Shown here one piece after another: positions 39,328 through 48,211 of a stretch of 64,000 bases of DNA. The notes beneath the pieces are model-generated. The model had not been told where the DNA came from and did not search any database. It worked only from the letters and a program-made list of their open reading frames with translations. Position 1 is the stretch's first letter; each line of letters begins with the position of its first letter. A program made the position numbers and the translations under genes. This DNA is from Gemmatimonas sp. (GTDB lineage Bacteria > Gemmatimonadota > Gemmatimonadetes > Gemmatimonadales > Gemmatimonadaceae): the NCBI GenBank assembly GCA_031414535.1, contig JANNVQ010000011.1:1-64000 (forward strand). The letters run 5' to 3'.

Positions 39328-40093
39328 TTGCGTCGTGCGATTCCTTTCGGCGTCGCTGTTGGTGGGCGCGGCCGTGGTTGGCAGCGGATCGTCCCTAGCT
39401 GCCCAGGTGATGGACACCGTCACGCACTCCGGCTCTCACAAGATGGGCTGGAGTCGAGAGACCTTCGTGCTCTCGGAGGTTCTCGAGTATGCGCCGTCTG
39501 TGGCTGCGCGTGCAGTGAACTACGATCTGGTGGCGTGGACGGGCGGCGCATCGAACCGCGTGTGGGCCAAGGCGGACGGTGGCGTCGCGACAATCGGGCG
39601 CGATAGGCACGGTGAGTATCAGTTGCTCTATGGGCGCTTGGTTTCGCCGTGGTGGGACGCGCAGGTCGGTGTTCGGGTGGATGAACTTGCGGAGTCGAGT
39701 GGCTCCGCGTCGCGGGCGGGTGCTGTGGTGGCGTTGCAAGGGCTCGCTCCGGGTTGGTTCGAGCTTGAGCCCTCGCTGTTTGTGACCACCGACGGAAACG
39801 TCTCGCTCGACTTCACAGGGTCCTACGATCTGTTCCTGACGCAACGCATTGTGTTGCAACCGCGACTCGAGTCTACGCTCGCGTTGCGCGACGAGGCCGA
39901 TTTCGGCGTCGGGCGAGGACTTGTGAACACGTCCTTCGGATTGCGGACGCGCGTTGAGTTGTGGCGGGAGTTCGCTCCGTACGTCGGAGTGGTATGGGAT
40001 CGCGCCTACGGACGCTCGGCGCGGTTCGCCCAGTTGGACGGAAAGTCGGCACGCGAGGTGCGACTCGTCGCTGGTCTGAGGCTGTGGCGCTAA
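39317..40093 (+). CDS. copB: Copper resistance outer-membrane protein CopB/PcoB
   Basis: WTGGASNRVWAKADG, SPWWDAQVGVR, QGLAPGWFE, YDLFLTQRIVLQP, REFAPYVGV, AGLRLWR; overlaps the copA end. Confidence 0.9.
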   Translation: MQTDCVVRFLSASLLVGAAVVGSGSSLAAQVMDTVTHSGSHKMGWSRETFVLSEVLEYAPSVAARAVNYDLVAWTGGASNRVWAKADGGVATIGRDRHGEYQLLYGRLVSPWWDAQVGVRVDELAESSGSASRAGAVVALQGLAPGWFELEPSLFVTTDGNVSLDFTGSYDLFLTQRIVLQPRLESTLALRDEADFGVGRGLVNTSFGLRTRVELWREFAPYVGVVWDRAYGRSARFAQLDGKSAREVRLVAGLRLWR

Positions 40094-40244
40094 CGCGCAT
40101 CATTGCAGAGGGGCGATGCGCGTGATTGGATTGTGTCGCCTAGGCCGCGATTTGTCGGCTGTGCGGGGAAGCCTGTCGCCGCTGTGCCGAGGCGCGCCGA
40201 ACGATGGCTGCCGAAGGAAAGCTGGCTAGTTCTTAGGGGCCTGT

Positions 40245-40955
40245 TCAGAATCCCAGAGTACTGACTTTCTCCGCACGCCGTTCGAATACCTCCGCGAACT
40301 TCAGCACAACCGACTCGCGGACCGATTCGCCAAGTGTGGTCGGGCTCGCGAGGGCAGGCCCGCGCGCGTTGCGATTCGAGAGTTCGCGCGCGACGGACGT
40401 CATCTCGACTCCTGGTAGCCCGCAGGGCACCATCAAGTCGAAGTAGCTGAGATCGGTAGTGACGTTGAGCGCGAAGCCGTGCCACGTGACCCACTGACGT
40501 GCATGCACACCGATGCTCGCGAGTTTGCGGTCGTTGGTCCAGATGCCGGTCTTCTTGTCGACGCGTCCCGCCACAATACCAAACGGCTCGACGGCGCGAA
40601 TCAGCACTTCTTCCACCTGCCGCAGGTACCAGTGCAGGTCCTGCTTGTGCTCCGTGAGATCCACGATTGGGTAGCCCACGAGCTGACCGGGGCCGTGGAA
40701 GGTGACGTCGCCTCCGCGCTCCACTTCAAACAACTCCACGCCCCGTGCAGTCAGTAGCTCTGGCGTGAACAGCAGATTCTCCCGTTTGGTGGAGCGCCCA
40801 AGTGTCACCACGGGCGAATGCTCCACGAGCAACAGCACATCCTGCGGAATCTCCTTGCTAATCCTTTTGACGGCCACCTCGCGCTGGAACGACAAGGCCT
40901 CCGCATAGCTGCGGAGGCCGAGGTCGTACACCAAGAATTCTTTCACGAGATGCAT
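40245..40955 (-). CDS. lipB: Lipoyl(octanoyl) transferase
   Basis: EHSPVVTLGR, ERGGDVTFHGPGQLVGYP, KLASIG, HGFALNV, PCG. Confidence 0.95.
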   Translation of the reverse strand: MHLVKEFLVYDLGLRSYAEALSFQREVAVKRISKEIPQDVLLLVEHSPVVTLGRSTKRENLLFTPELLTARGVELFEVERGGDVTFHGPGQLVGYPIVDLTEHKQDLHWYLRQVEEVLIRAVEPFGIVAGRVDKKTGIWTNDRKLASIGVHARQWVTWHGFALNVTTDLSYFDLMVPCGLPGVEMTSVARELSNRNARGPALASPTTLGESVRESVVLKFAEVFERRAEKVSTLGF

Positions 40956-40964
40956 GCTGCGCGC

Positions 40965-42368
40965 TTACGCGTGCAGCATCTTCCCCATCGAGTCGAGCAC
41001 CGCTTCGGCAATCGCCTCGCTCAGCGTGGGGTGCGCGTGGATGGCGAGATCAATCTCCTCAACCGTGTACTCGTTCTCGCGCGCGACCGCGAATTCGTGG
41101 ATGAGTTCCGTAGCGTGTGCGCCGATGATGTGCGCGCCGAGGATTTCACCGAACTTCTCATCGCGAATCACTTTCACGAAGCCTTCGGTCTCGCCGCTGG
41201 TGCGGGCACGACCATTCGCCGAGAAGGGGAACTTGCCGACCTTGTACTTGAGACCCTTCTCCTTGCACTGCGCTTCCGTGAGCCCGATGCTCGCGACTTC
41301 CGGATGGCAGTAGGTGGCGTTGGGGATGTTGCCGTAGTTCACCGGGTGGTGATGCACGCCGGCGATGATGTCGGCGACCACATGGCCCTCGCGCGAGCCC
41401 TTGTGGGCCAACATTGGCGGGCCAGCCACGTCACCGATGGCGTAGACGCCCTTGGCGCTGGTCTCGAACTTGTCGTTGATCTTGATGAAGCCGCGCTCCG
41501 TCGTCGCAACGCCGCCCTCTTTAAGCCCGATGCTCTCGATGTTCGGGGCGCGGCCGGCGGCCACGAGCACGAGATCAAACGTCATGTCCTTCTTTTCGCC
41601 GCCAACTTCCACGGGAATGGTGACGTTGTTCTTGCCCTTCTTGACGGTGCCAAGCTTGGCGCCCGTGATGATCTCGATGCCGCGCTTCTTAAAGGCCTTG
41701 GCGAGTTCCACCGAGCAGTCTTCGTCCTCAACCGGCAGGAGGCGCGGCAGGACTTCGAGGATGGTGACCTTGGAACCGAAGGCATTGAAGACATCCGCAA
41801 ACTCGCAACCCACGGCGCCCGCACCAATGACGGCCATCGTCGCGGGGGCCTTATCGAGCGTGAGCGCTTCGTCAGACGACAGAATGAGCTGCTTGTCGAG
41901 CTCGAGGCCAATCTGTGGCAACCCCTTTACGCGCGAACCCGTGGCGATCACGACGCCCTTGGTGGCCGTATGCGTTTCGGTCTTTCCATCAACACCAGTG
42001 AACTTGACCGACTTGTTCGGCGCCAATGTGCCGGTGCCCTTGAGCCACGTGATCTTGTTCTTCTTGAACAGGAACTCGACGCCCTTGGAGTTCTGGGCGC
42101 TCACGGCGCGCGAGCGCTTCATGGCAACGCCGTAGTCCAGCGTCACCTTCTCGGCGGTCACGCCGAATTCCTTCCCCTTGGCAACCTTTTGCGCGATGCT
42201 CGCGGCTTCGAGGAGAGCCTTGGCGGGAATGCAGCCCCAGAGCACGCAGGTGCCACCCAGGCCTTCGCGTTCCACGACCGCCACGTTGAGACCGAGCTGA
42301 GCGGAACGCAGCGCGCCGACGTAACCGGCAGGGCCGCCACCGATGAAGATGATATCGAACTGTGCCAT
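40965..42368 (-). CDS. lpdA: Dihydrolipoyl dehydrogenase (E3)
   Basis: GGGPAGY, GGTCVLWGCIP, GAGAVG, HAHPTLSE. Confidence 0.96.
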   Translation of the reverse strand: MAQFDIIFIGGGPAGYVGALRSAQLGLNVAVVEREGLGGTCVLWGCIPAKALLEAASIAQKVAKGKEFGVTAEKVTLDYGVAMKRSRAVSAQNSKGVEFLFKKNKITWLKGTGTLAPNKSVKFTGVDGKTETHTATKGVVIATGSRVKGLPQIGLELDKQLILSSDEALTLDKAPATMAVIGAGAVGCEFADVFNAFGSKVTILEVLPRLLPVEDEDCSVELAKAFKKRGIEIITGAKLGTVKKGKNNVTIPVEVGGEKKDMTFDLVLVAAGRAPNIESIGLKEGGVATTERGFIKINDKFETSAKGVYAIGDVAGPPMLAHKGSREGHVVADIIAGVHHHPVNYGNIPNATYCHPEVASIGLTEAQCKEKGLKYKVGKFPFSANGRARTSGETEGFVKVIRDEKFGEILGAHIIGAHATELIHEFAVARENEYTVEEIDLAIHAHPTLSEAIAEAVLDSMGKMLHA

Positions 42369-42379
42369 AGCTTGAATTG

Positions 42380-42402
42380 GACGGAGGACGGATGACGGAT
42401 GC
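42380..42402. repeat. GACGGAT heptamer arm between pdhC and lpdA
   Basis: GACGGAG GACGGAT GACGGAT GC. Confidence 0.85.
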
Positions 42403-42404
42403 TA

Positions 42405-43688
42405 CTACATCACGAGTAGCAGCGGGTTCTCGATGAGGCGACGGAGTGTCTGCAGGAACTTGGCGCCAACGGCGCCGTCAATCACGCGGTGATCGCAGCT
42501 CATGGTGACGCGCAGCTTCTTCTTGACTTCGAAGCCGCCGTCTGCGCCGACGATCACCTTGTCTTCAATCGCACCGATGGCAAGAATCGCCGCCTCGGGA
42601 GGATTGATGATGGCGGTGAACTGGTCAATCTGCATCATCCCGAGGTTGGACACCGAGAACGTACTGCCGGTGAACTCCTCAGGCTTCAACTTGCGTTCCC
42701 GCGCCCTCTTGGCGAGCCCCTTGGCCTCGGCGCTGATCTGCGACATGCCCTTAGTCTGGGCGTCGAAGATTACAGGTACGATGAGCCCATCATCGGTTGC
42801 AACGGCCATGCCGAGGTGCACGGTGTTGAAGTAGCGAATCTTGTCGCCAAGCCAGTGGGCGTTCACTTCGGGATGCTGCGTGAGCGCGGTGGCAACGGCC
42901 TTGAGGATGATGTCGTTGAAGGAGACCTTGTACGCATCACCCAACTCCGCAGCTGCGCTGCGGAGCTCCGAAGCGCGCGAGAGGTCGAACTCAGCGGTGA
43001 GATAGAAGGTCGGGATGGGGCCGATGGACTCGCTGAGCCGCTTGGCGATGGTCTTGCGGATCTGCGTGAGGGGCACGTCCGTGTGCGACTCGCCACTGGA
43101 CGGTTGACGGATGACGGATGCAGCGGGGGCTGAGGTCGCTTGGGGCTTCCGTCCTCCGTCCCCCGTCTTGATCGCCGCTTCGATGTCCCGCTTGATGATG
43201 CGTCCACCGGGGCCGGAGCCCTGGATATTGCGGATGTCGAGACCCGCGTCGCCGGCGATGCGGCGGGCGAGTGGGGAGGCGGTGATACGTGCGTCGCTCG
43301 CCGGAACTGCAACAGCATTCACCACAGAGGGCGCAGAGGGCACAGCGGCAGTGCTCTGTAAGCTCTGTGGCGAAGTCGTTGTTGTTGGGGTTGCTGCCTC
43401 AGGAGCAGGCGTGGCGCCAGCACCACCGAGCAACGCCGATATATCCTCATCTGCCGCCGCGATGATACCCACGAGCGAGCTCACGGCTGCCGTGGTACCC
43501 TCGGGAATCAAATGCTTGCGCAGCACGCCGTCACCGCGGGCGACGAGTTCCATCACGGCCTTGTCTGTCTCAACCTCGGCGAGCACGTCACCAGTCTTGA
43601 TGACGTCGCCTTCGGCCTTCAGCCACTTCACGAGACGTCCCTCTTCCATTGTCGGGGAGAGGGCCTCCATCATGATCTTAGTCGACAT
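42405..43688 (-). CDS. pdhC: Pyruvate dehydrogenase E2, dihydrolipoamide acetyltransferase
   Basis: EVETDKA lipoyl site, [16 protein letters not shown]3-binding domain, DHRVIDG catalytic motif. Confidence 0.95.
   Translation of the reverse strand: MSTKIMMEALSPTMEEGRLVKWLKAEGDVIKTGDVLAEVETDKAVMELVARGDGVLRKHLIPEGTTAAVSSLVGIIAAADEDISALLGGAGATPAPEAATPTTTTSPQSLQSTAAVPSAPSVVNAVAVPASDARITASPLARRIAGDAGLDIRNIQGSGPGGRIIKRDIEAAIKTGDGGRKPQATSAPAASVIRQPSSGESHTDVPLTQIRKTIAKRLSESIGPIPTFYLTAEFDLSRASELRSAAAELGDAYKVSFNDIILKAVATALTQHPEVNAHWLGDKIRYFNTVHLGMAVATDDGLIVPVIFDAQTKGMSQISAEAKGLAKRARERKLKPEEFTGSTFSVSNLGMMQIDQFTAIINPPEAAILAIGAIEDKVIVGADGGFEVKKKLRVTMSCDHRVIDGAVGAKFLQTLRRLIENPLLLVM
43099..43167. repeat. 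GACGGAT inverted-repeat element in frame within the pdhC linker
   Basis: GACGGTT GACGGAT GACGGAT ... TTCCGTC CTCCGTC CCCCGTC. Confidence 0.75.
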
Positions 43689-44658
43689 ACATCACCTTCT
43701 TCACCGCCGCGATGGTTTTGGCGAGGTCAGGCTTTGCGGCCTTCTCGAGCCCCTTGGCATAGGGCATGGGAACGTCAGCCTGGTGTACACGAACAACGGG
43801 CGCGTCGAGATCGTCAAAGCAGTCGCGCTGGATGTAGTCCACGACCTGCGCGCCGATGCCGGCGATTTCCCAACCTTCTTCGAGTACCACGGCGCGGTTG
43901 GTCTTTCGGACGGAGGTCGTGATGGCCTCGACGTCCATCGGACGAACCGTGCGGAGGTCCACGACGTCGAGCTTGATGCCTTCCTTGGCGAGTTCGTCGG
44001 CGGCCTTCATCGCCACGAGCACCATCTTGCCGCTGGTGATGATGGAGCAGTCATTGCCCTCGCGCTTCAGGTCGGCCTTGCCGATGGGCACGATGTAATC
44101 CGTTTCCGGCACCTCACCCTTCGTGTTGTAGAGCATTTCGCCCTCGAGCACGATGACGGGGTTGGGATCGCGGATGGCGGCCTTGAGCAGGCCCTTCGCA
44201 TCGTAGGGCGTGCCCGGCGTGACGACCTTGAGGCCGGGGATATGTGCGAACCAGCTCTCGAAGGCCTGCGAGTGCTGCGCAGACAGCTGTAGCGCCGCGC
44301 CGTTGGGGCCGCGAAACACCATCGGCATGGGATACTGACCGCCCGACATGTACAGCATCTTTGCGGCCGCGTTGATAATCTGGTCGAGCGCGAGCACGGC
44401 GAAATTCCACGTCATGAACTCGATAATCGGGCGCAGGCCCACCATCGCGGCGCCGACACCAACGCCAGCAAAGCCGAGTTCGGTGATGGGCGTGTCCACC
44501 ACGCGCATCTCGCCGAACTCATCGAGCAGGCCCTTGGAGACTTTGTACGCGCCGTTGTACTGCGCGACTTCCTCACCCATCAGGAAGACACGATCGTCGC
44601 GAGCCATTTCCTCGCGGAGGGCTTGGTTGAGCGCCTCGCGATACGTGATGATGGCCAT
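43678..44658 (-). CDS. pdhB: Pyruvate dehydrogenase E1 beta subunit
   Basis: [35 protein letters not shown]; start MAIITYRE. Confidence 0.95.
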   Translation of the reverse strand: MAIITYREALNQALREEMARDDRVFLMGEEVAQYNGAYKVSKGLLDEFGEMRVVDTPITELGFAGVGVGAAMVGLRPIIEFMTWNFAVLALDQIINAAAKMLYMSGGQYPMPMVFRGPNGAALQLSAQHSQAFESWFAHIPGLKVVTPGTPYDAKGLLKAAIRDPNPVIVLEGEMLYNTKGEVPETDYIVPIGKADLKREGNDCSIITSGKMVLVAMKAADELAKEGIKLDVVDLRTVRPMDVEAITTSVRKTNRAVVLEEGWEIAGIGAQVVDYIQRDCFDDLDAPVVRVHQADVPMPYAKGLEKAAKPDLAKTIAAVKKVMYVD

Positions 44659-44662
44659 GGTC

Positions 44663-45673
44663 TTAGTCCTCCACCGCGATGAGGACGTCTTCGTACAGCG
44701 ATTCGGGTGGCGGCTCGGGTGAGGCGTCCGCAAAATCCCAAGAGTCTTGGACGATGGCCTTAATCTCCTGCTCCATCTGCGCGACGTCGGAATCGGTGAT
44801 GATGCCTTCGTCGAGCATCTTGGCCTTGTGGAGATTGATGGGGTCTCGCTTGAGGTACTCGTCGAGCTCGGCCTTAGTGCGATACGTGCCCGAGACCGCG
44901 TCTGACATCGAGTGGCCCATGTAGCGGTAGGTGCGCACTTCGAGTAGCACCGGCTCGCCCTTCGAGCGAGCATGCGACAATGCCCGTGCGGTGGACTCAC
45001 GTACGGCCATGACGTCCTGACCATCCACGTGTTCCGCGTACATGCCGTCGTAGGAGGCAGCGCGGGTGGAGAGGTCCTTGATGGCAGCAGCGCGCTCGAC
45101 GGCCGTGCCCATGCCGTACTTGTTGTTTTCGATCACGAAGATGCAGGGCAGCTTCCACAGTGCGGCCATGTTGAGGGCCTCGTGGAAGGCGCCGGTGTTC
45201 ACCACCGACTCGCCCATGAAGCAGACGATGACTTGATCGCCGCCGCGGTACTTGATGGCAAAGCCAACACCGGCCGCCACGGGGACATGCCCGCCGACGA
45301 TGCCGTGCCCGCCTAAGAAGTTCAGGTTCCGGTCAAAGAGGTGCATGCTGCCGCCCTTGCCGCGCGAGCAACCATCAATGCGCCCAAAAAGCTCGGCCAT
45401 CACCGAGCGCGGCGTCATACCTCGCGCGAGTGCTTGGCCGTGATCGCGATAGGTCGTGATGACATAGTCATCAGGCCGGAGCATCGAGAGGATGCCCGTG
45501 GAGACGGCTTCCTGGCCGATGTAGAGGTGGCAAAAGCCACCAATCTTTCCGAGCGCGTAGGCTTCGCCGACTTTCTCTTCGAAGCGGCGTTGGAGCAACA
45601 TCGAGTGGAGGAGCGCTCGAAGGAGCTCGGGAGTGCCCGCGAGTTGGGACTCGCCTTTCTTCTTGGGTGGCAT
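44663..45673 (-). CDS. pdhA: Pyruvate dehydrogenase E1 alpha subunit
   Basis: GFCHLYIGQEA, GKGGSMH, GGHGIVG, ENNKYGMGT, TYRYMGHSMSD; start MPPKKK. Confidence 0.95.
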   Translation of the reverse strand: MPPKKKGESQLAGTPELLRALLHSMLLQRRFEEKVGEAYALGKIGGFCHLYIGQEAVSTGILSMLRPDDYVITTYRDHGQALARGMTPRSVMAELFGRIDGCSRGKGGSMHLFDRNLNFLGGHGIVGGHVPVAAGVGFAIKYRGGDQVIVCFMGESVVNTGAFHEALNMAALWKLPCIFVIENNKYGMGTAVERAAAIKDLSTRAASYDGMYAEHVDGQDVMAVRESTARALSHARSKGEPVLLEVRTYRYMGHSMSDAVSGTYRTKAELDEYLKRDPINLHKAKMLDEGIITDSDVAQMEQEIKAIVQDSWDFADASPEPPPESLYEDVLIAVED

Positions 45674-45677
45674 TTTG

Positions 45678-45780
45678 GACGGATGAGTCAATGACGGATG
45701 ACGGATGACGAATGTTGGTCGCGCGCGCGGATGGAGAACGGTGCGTGGATGCCAGAGCATCCGTCACCCGTCATCCGTCC
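45678..45780. repeat. GACGGAT inverted-repeat element between lipA and pdhA
   Basis: Left arm 45678-45713; right arm ATCCGTC ACCCGTC ATCCGTC 45759-45779. Confidence 0.85.
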
Positions 45781-45786
45781 ACTCGA

Positions 45787-46695
45787 TTACACGCCCGCAG
45801 CTTGGACTTGCTCCCAAGCGTGATAGCTGGATCTCACCAGCGGCCCGGACTCCACATGCTTAAACCCCATCTTCTTGCCCTCTTCACGGAACATCGTGAA
45901 GTCTTCGGGCGTGACGTAGCGGTCGAGCGCGATGTGGTCGTTGGACGGCTTGAGGTACTGCCCAAGGGTGAGGATGTCCACGTCAACCGTGCGCAGCTCG
46001 CGCATGGTCTGCAGGACCTCTTCGTTGGTCTCGCCCATGCCGAGGATGATGCCGGTCTTGGTGGGGATGTCGGGGGCGATGCGCTTGGACATCCGGAAGA
46101 TCTCAAGCACGCGCTCGTAGCGACCGCCGGGACGGGCCTTCTTGTAAAGACGCGGCACGGTCTCGGTATTGTGATTGTAGATCTCGGGACGGGCTTCGAG
46201 CACGAGGCGGATGGAATCCTCGTTGCCCTGGAAGTCGGGGACGAGCACTTCCACTGAACAACCGGGTACCGCCTCGTGAACTTCTGTGATGGTCTGCGCG
46301 AAAGCCCAGGCGCCAAAATCTGGCAGATCGTCGCGGTCCACGGACGTGATGACGAGATGCTGGAGGCTCATGGCCTTTGCGGCCTCGGCGACGCGACCAG
46401 GCTCCGCGGGATCAAACTTGGGCGGACGTCCGTGCGCGACGGCACAGTAGGCGCAATTGCGAGTGCAGACATCGCCGAGGATCATGAAGGTGGCGGTGCC
46501 GTGCTCCCAGCATTCGCCGACATTGGGGCAATGGGCTTCCTCGCAGACCGTATGGAGGTCGAGGTCGCGCATCAGCTGCTTCAAGCGAAGGTAATTCTCG
46601 CCGCCAGGCGCTTTGACTTTGAGCCAAGACGGCTTTCGGGCGGGCAGGGGCTCAGCGCGGTGGCGGCCCATGATTTGATAGAGGTGCTCAGCCAT
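45787..46695 (-). CDS. lipA: Lipoyl synthase
   Basis: CEEAHCPNVGEC, CTRNCAYC radical-SAM motif, RSSY. Confidence 0.97.
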   Translation of the reverse strand: MAEHLYQIMGRHRAEPLPARKPSWLKVKAPGGENYLRLKQLMRDLDLHTVCEEAHCPNVGECWEHGTATFMILGDVCTRNCAYCAVAHGRPPKFDPAEPGRVAEAAKAMSLQHLVITSVDRDDLPDFGAWAFAQTITEVHEAVPGCSVEVLVPDFQGNEDSIRLVLEARPEIYNHNTETVPRLYKKARPGGRYERVLEIFRMSKRIAPDIPTKTGIILGMGETNEEVLQTMRELRTVDVDILTLGQYLKPSNDHIALDRYVTPEDFTMFREEGKKMGFKHVESGPLVRSSYHAWEQVQAAGV

Positions 46696-46775
46696 GCGGG
46701 GAACTATACAGCGGAGCCGCTCGAGAGTGCAATTATGGTAACTGTCTATTTGTCATTTAGAAAGTTATGGCATTG

Positions 46776-46861
46776 GACGGATGACGGATGACGGATGAAG
46801 GAGGCTTGCTCGGCGCGAAGGAACGGCTCCGGCGCAGATGCCTGAGCATCCGTCTTCCGTC
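46776..46861. repeat. GACGGAT inverted-repeat element upstream of lipA
   Basis: (GACGGAT)3 at 46776-46796; ATCCGTC TTCCGTC at 46848-46861. Confidence 0.8.
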
Positions 46862-46927
46862 CCCACCTGAAACCGTCTGCCCGCCTCGGACGTACGCTCA
46901 ACTGACCCCAACACTCGGGATGCAACA

Positions 46928-47146
46928 ATGATTCGCACCATCTTCATGATTGGCTTGCTCGCACTCGTCGGCCTCTTTGCCCTCAAGCTCTTCTTTGGCA
47001 TCCTGGGCGGAGTCTTCGGCATCCTGTTCGCTCTCCTCGGGCTCGCCATTCCCGTGCTCATTATCGGCGCGCTGATCTACGTCGCGATGCTGGTGTTTAT
47101 GCCGGACACGGCGCGCGGGATGCGAGAGAAGTTCGGCGGGAACTAA
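46928..47146 (+). CDS. Small hydrophobic membrane protein (72 aa)
   Basis: Continuous hydrophobic stretch with Gly spacing, basic C-terminus; GGGA upstream; followed by a terminator. Confidence 0.7.
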   Translation: MIRTIFMIGLLALVGLFALKLFFGILGGVFGILFALLGLAIPVLIIGALIYVAMLVFMPDTARGMREKFGGN

Positions 47147-47152
47147 GTAGAG

Positions 47153-47244
47153 GACGGATGACGGATGACGGATGTAGACAGCAAAAGGGTGCGCCGAGTT
47201 TTAGCTCAGCGCACCCTTTTTGCATCCGTCATCCGTCATTCGTC
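47153..47244. repeat. GACGGAT inverted-repeat element enclosing a terminator
   Basis: (GACGGAT)3 at 47153-47173; ATCCGTC ATCCGTC ATTCGTC at 47224-47244. Confidence 0.88.
47181..47223. terminator. Bidirectional intrinsic terminator
   Basis: GCAAAAGGGTGCGC...GCGCACCCTTTTTGC between convergent genes. Confidence 0.85.
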
Positions 47245-48211
47245 ATCTACCCAGTTCCGCACAAACCGCCCAGCTCAGCATCGGTATCATCAGCTCGTGG
47301 TGGCCCGTAATCTCAAATCCCTGGCCGCCCGCTAACACTGGGCGTCGCACCACGTTCTCGCGCGGGCGGTAGTGGCGCTGCATATCGAAGTCCGCCGTCG
47401 TGAAGTTCGTGGGCTTCCCAGCGTTCACGTTACGGGCCACGGTCAGGGCCTTCAAGAACACTTCCGGCATGATCACGGCGCTGCCGAGGTTGAGCACCAC
47501 ACCGCCCTCGTGTAGGTCTTCGCAACTGGCCGCGAGGCGTCGGAAATCGCGGTGGCTGGTTTCACCGATGGCAGCGCCGTCGGTAGCGGGGTGCTGGTGG
47601 ATGATTTCCGCGCCAAGTGCGGCGTGCACACTGGTTGGAATCCAATGCTTGTGGGCGGCGAGGATGATTGAGAGTTCGGGATGCGCGAGCTTTGGCTCGG
47701 CGGAGAGTGCTCGGGCCACGGACTCTCCCATGCCCCAGCCATGATTGCGGCCAGCGACGAAGGCTTCGTTCAGGCCGCGCCCAGTTTCCTCGGCCATGCC
47801 AAAGCTGCCATCCTTGAGTCCAGCCGCCACGTCCTCGGAGGTGCCGCCGAATCGGGCAATTTCGTAATCGTGAATGGCGGCGCTGCCGTTCATCGCGAGG
47901 TGCGTGATGACACCGCGGGCCATGAGGTCGGTGAGGAGTGGCGCGATGCCCGTCTTCACCACATGGCCGCCGAGCATCACGATGACGCCACGCTTCTTAC
48001 GGTGGGCGTTGGCAATGGCGCCGACGACTTTTCGGAAATCATCGGCCTTCAGTACTTTGGGCAGCGAGGCGAGGAATGCCTCGAAGGAGCGATCGTCGCC
48101 TGGTGGTTTGGCGAAGTCGTCGGAGTCCACCTTGTTGGGGCGAGTGGCGACGGGAATCGTGCGTACGCGCGCGAGGTCAATCTCCCTAGGCGGCCGACGC
48201 TCGTTGCTCAC
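47243..48211 (-). CDS. Conserved hypothetical protein, probable deoxyhypusine-synthase-like fold
   Basis: LGGHVVKTG, NGSAAIHDYE, TSEDV, FGMAEETG, LGSAVIMPEVFLKAL, HYRP..NVVRRP, GHHELMIP; GTG start overlaps the upstream stop; fold call is inferred. Confidence 0.6.
   Translation of the reverse strand: MSNERRPPREIDLARVRTIPVATRPNKVDSDDFAKPPGDDRSFEAFLASLPKVLKADDFRKVVGAIANAHRKKRGVIVMLGGHVVKTGIAPLLTDLMARGVITHLAMNGSAAIHDYEIARFGGTSEDVAAGLKDGSFGMAEETGRGLNEAFVAGRNHGWGMGESVARALSAEPKLAHPELSIILAAHKHWIPTSVHAALGAEIIHQHPATDGAAIGETSHRDFRRLAASCEDLHEGGVVLNLGSAVIMPEVFLKALTVARNVNAGKPTNFTTADFDMQRHYRPRENVVRRPVLAGGQGFEITGHHELMIPMLSWAVCAELGR

Noticed and set aside
24275..40150. Weak similarity between cluster edges (TGCGCG..ATTG..GTGTCG..GGCCGCG near 24280 and 40120) as att sites
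   Set aside because: Gapped and low identity; no integrase or tRNA nearby
40818..42395. 525-aa plus-strand ORF
   Set aside because: Antisense shadow of lpdA
43678..45760. Long N-terminal extensions given by the ORF track for pdhB and pdhA (likewise accA, gcvP, gcvH, lipM-like, 47243 gene, P-type ATPase)
   Set aside because: They overlap neighbouring genes or run through repeats; downstream starts fit family N-termini and gene coupling better
45678..47244. CRISPR interpretation of the repeat-spacer-repeat pattern
   Set aside because: Arms are inverted rather than direct, are dispersed, and no cas genes are present
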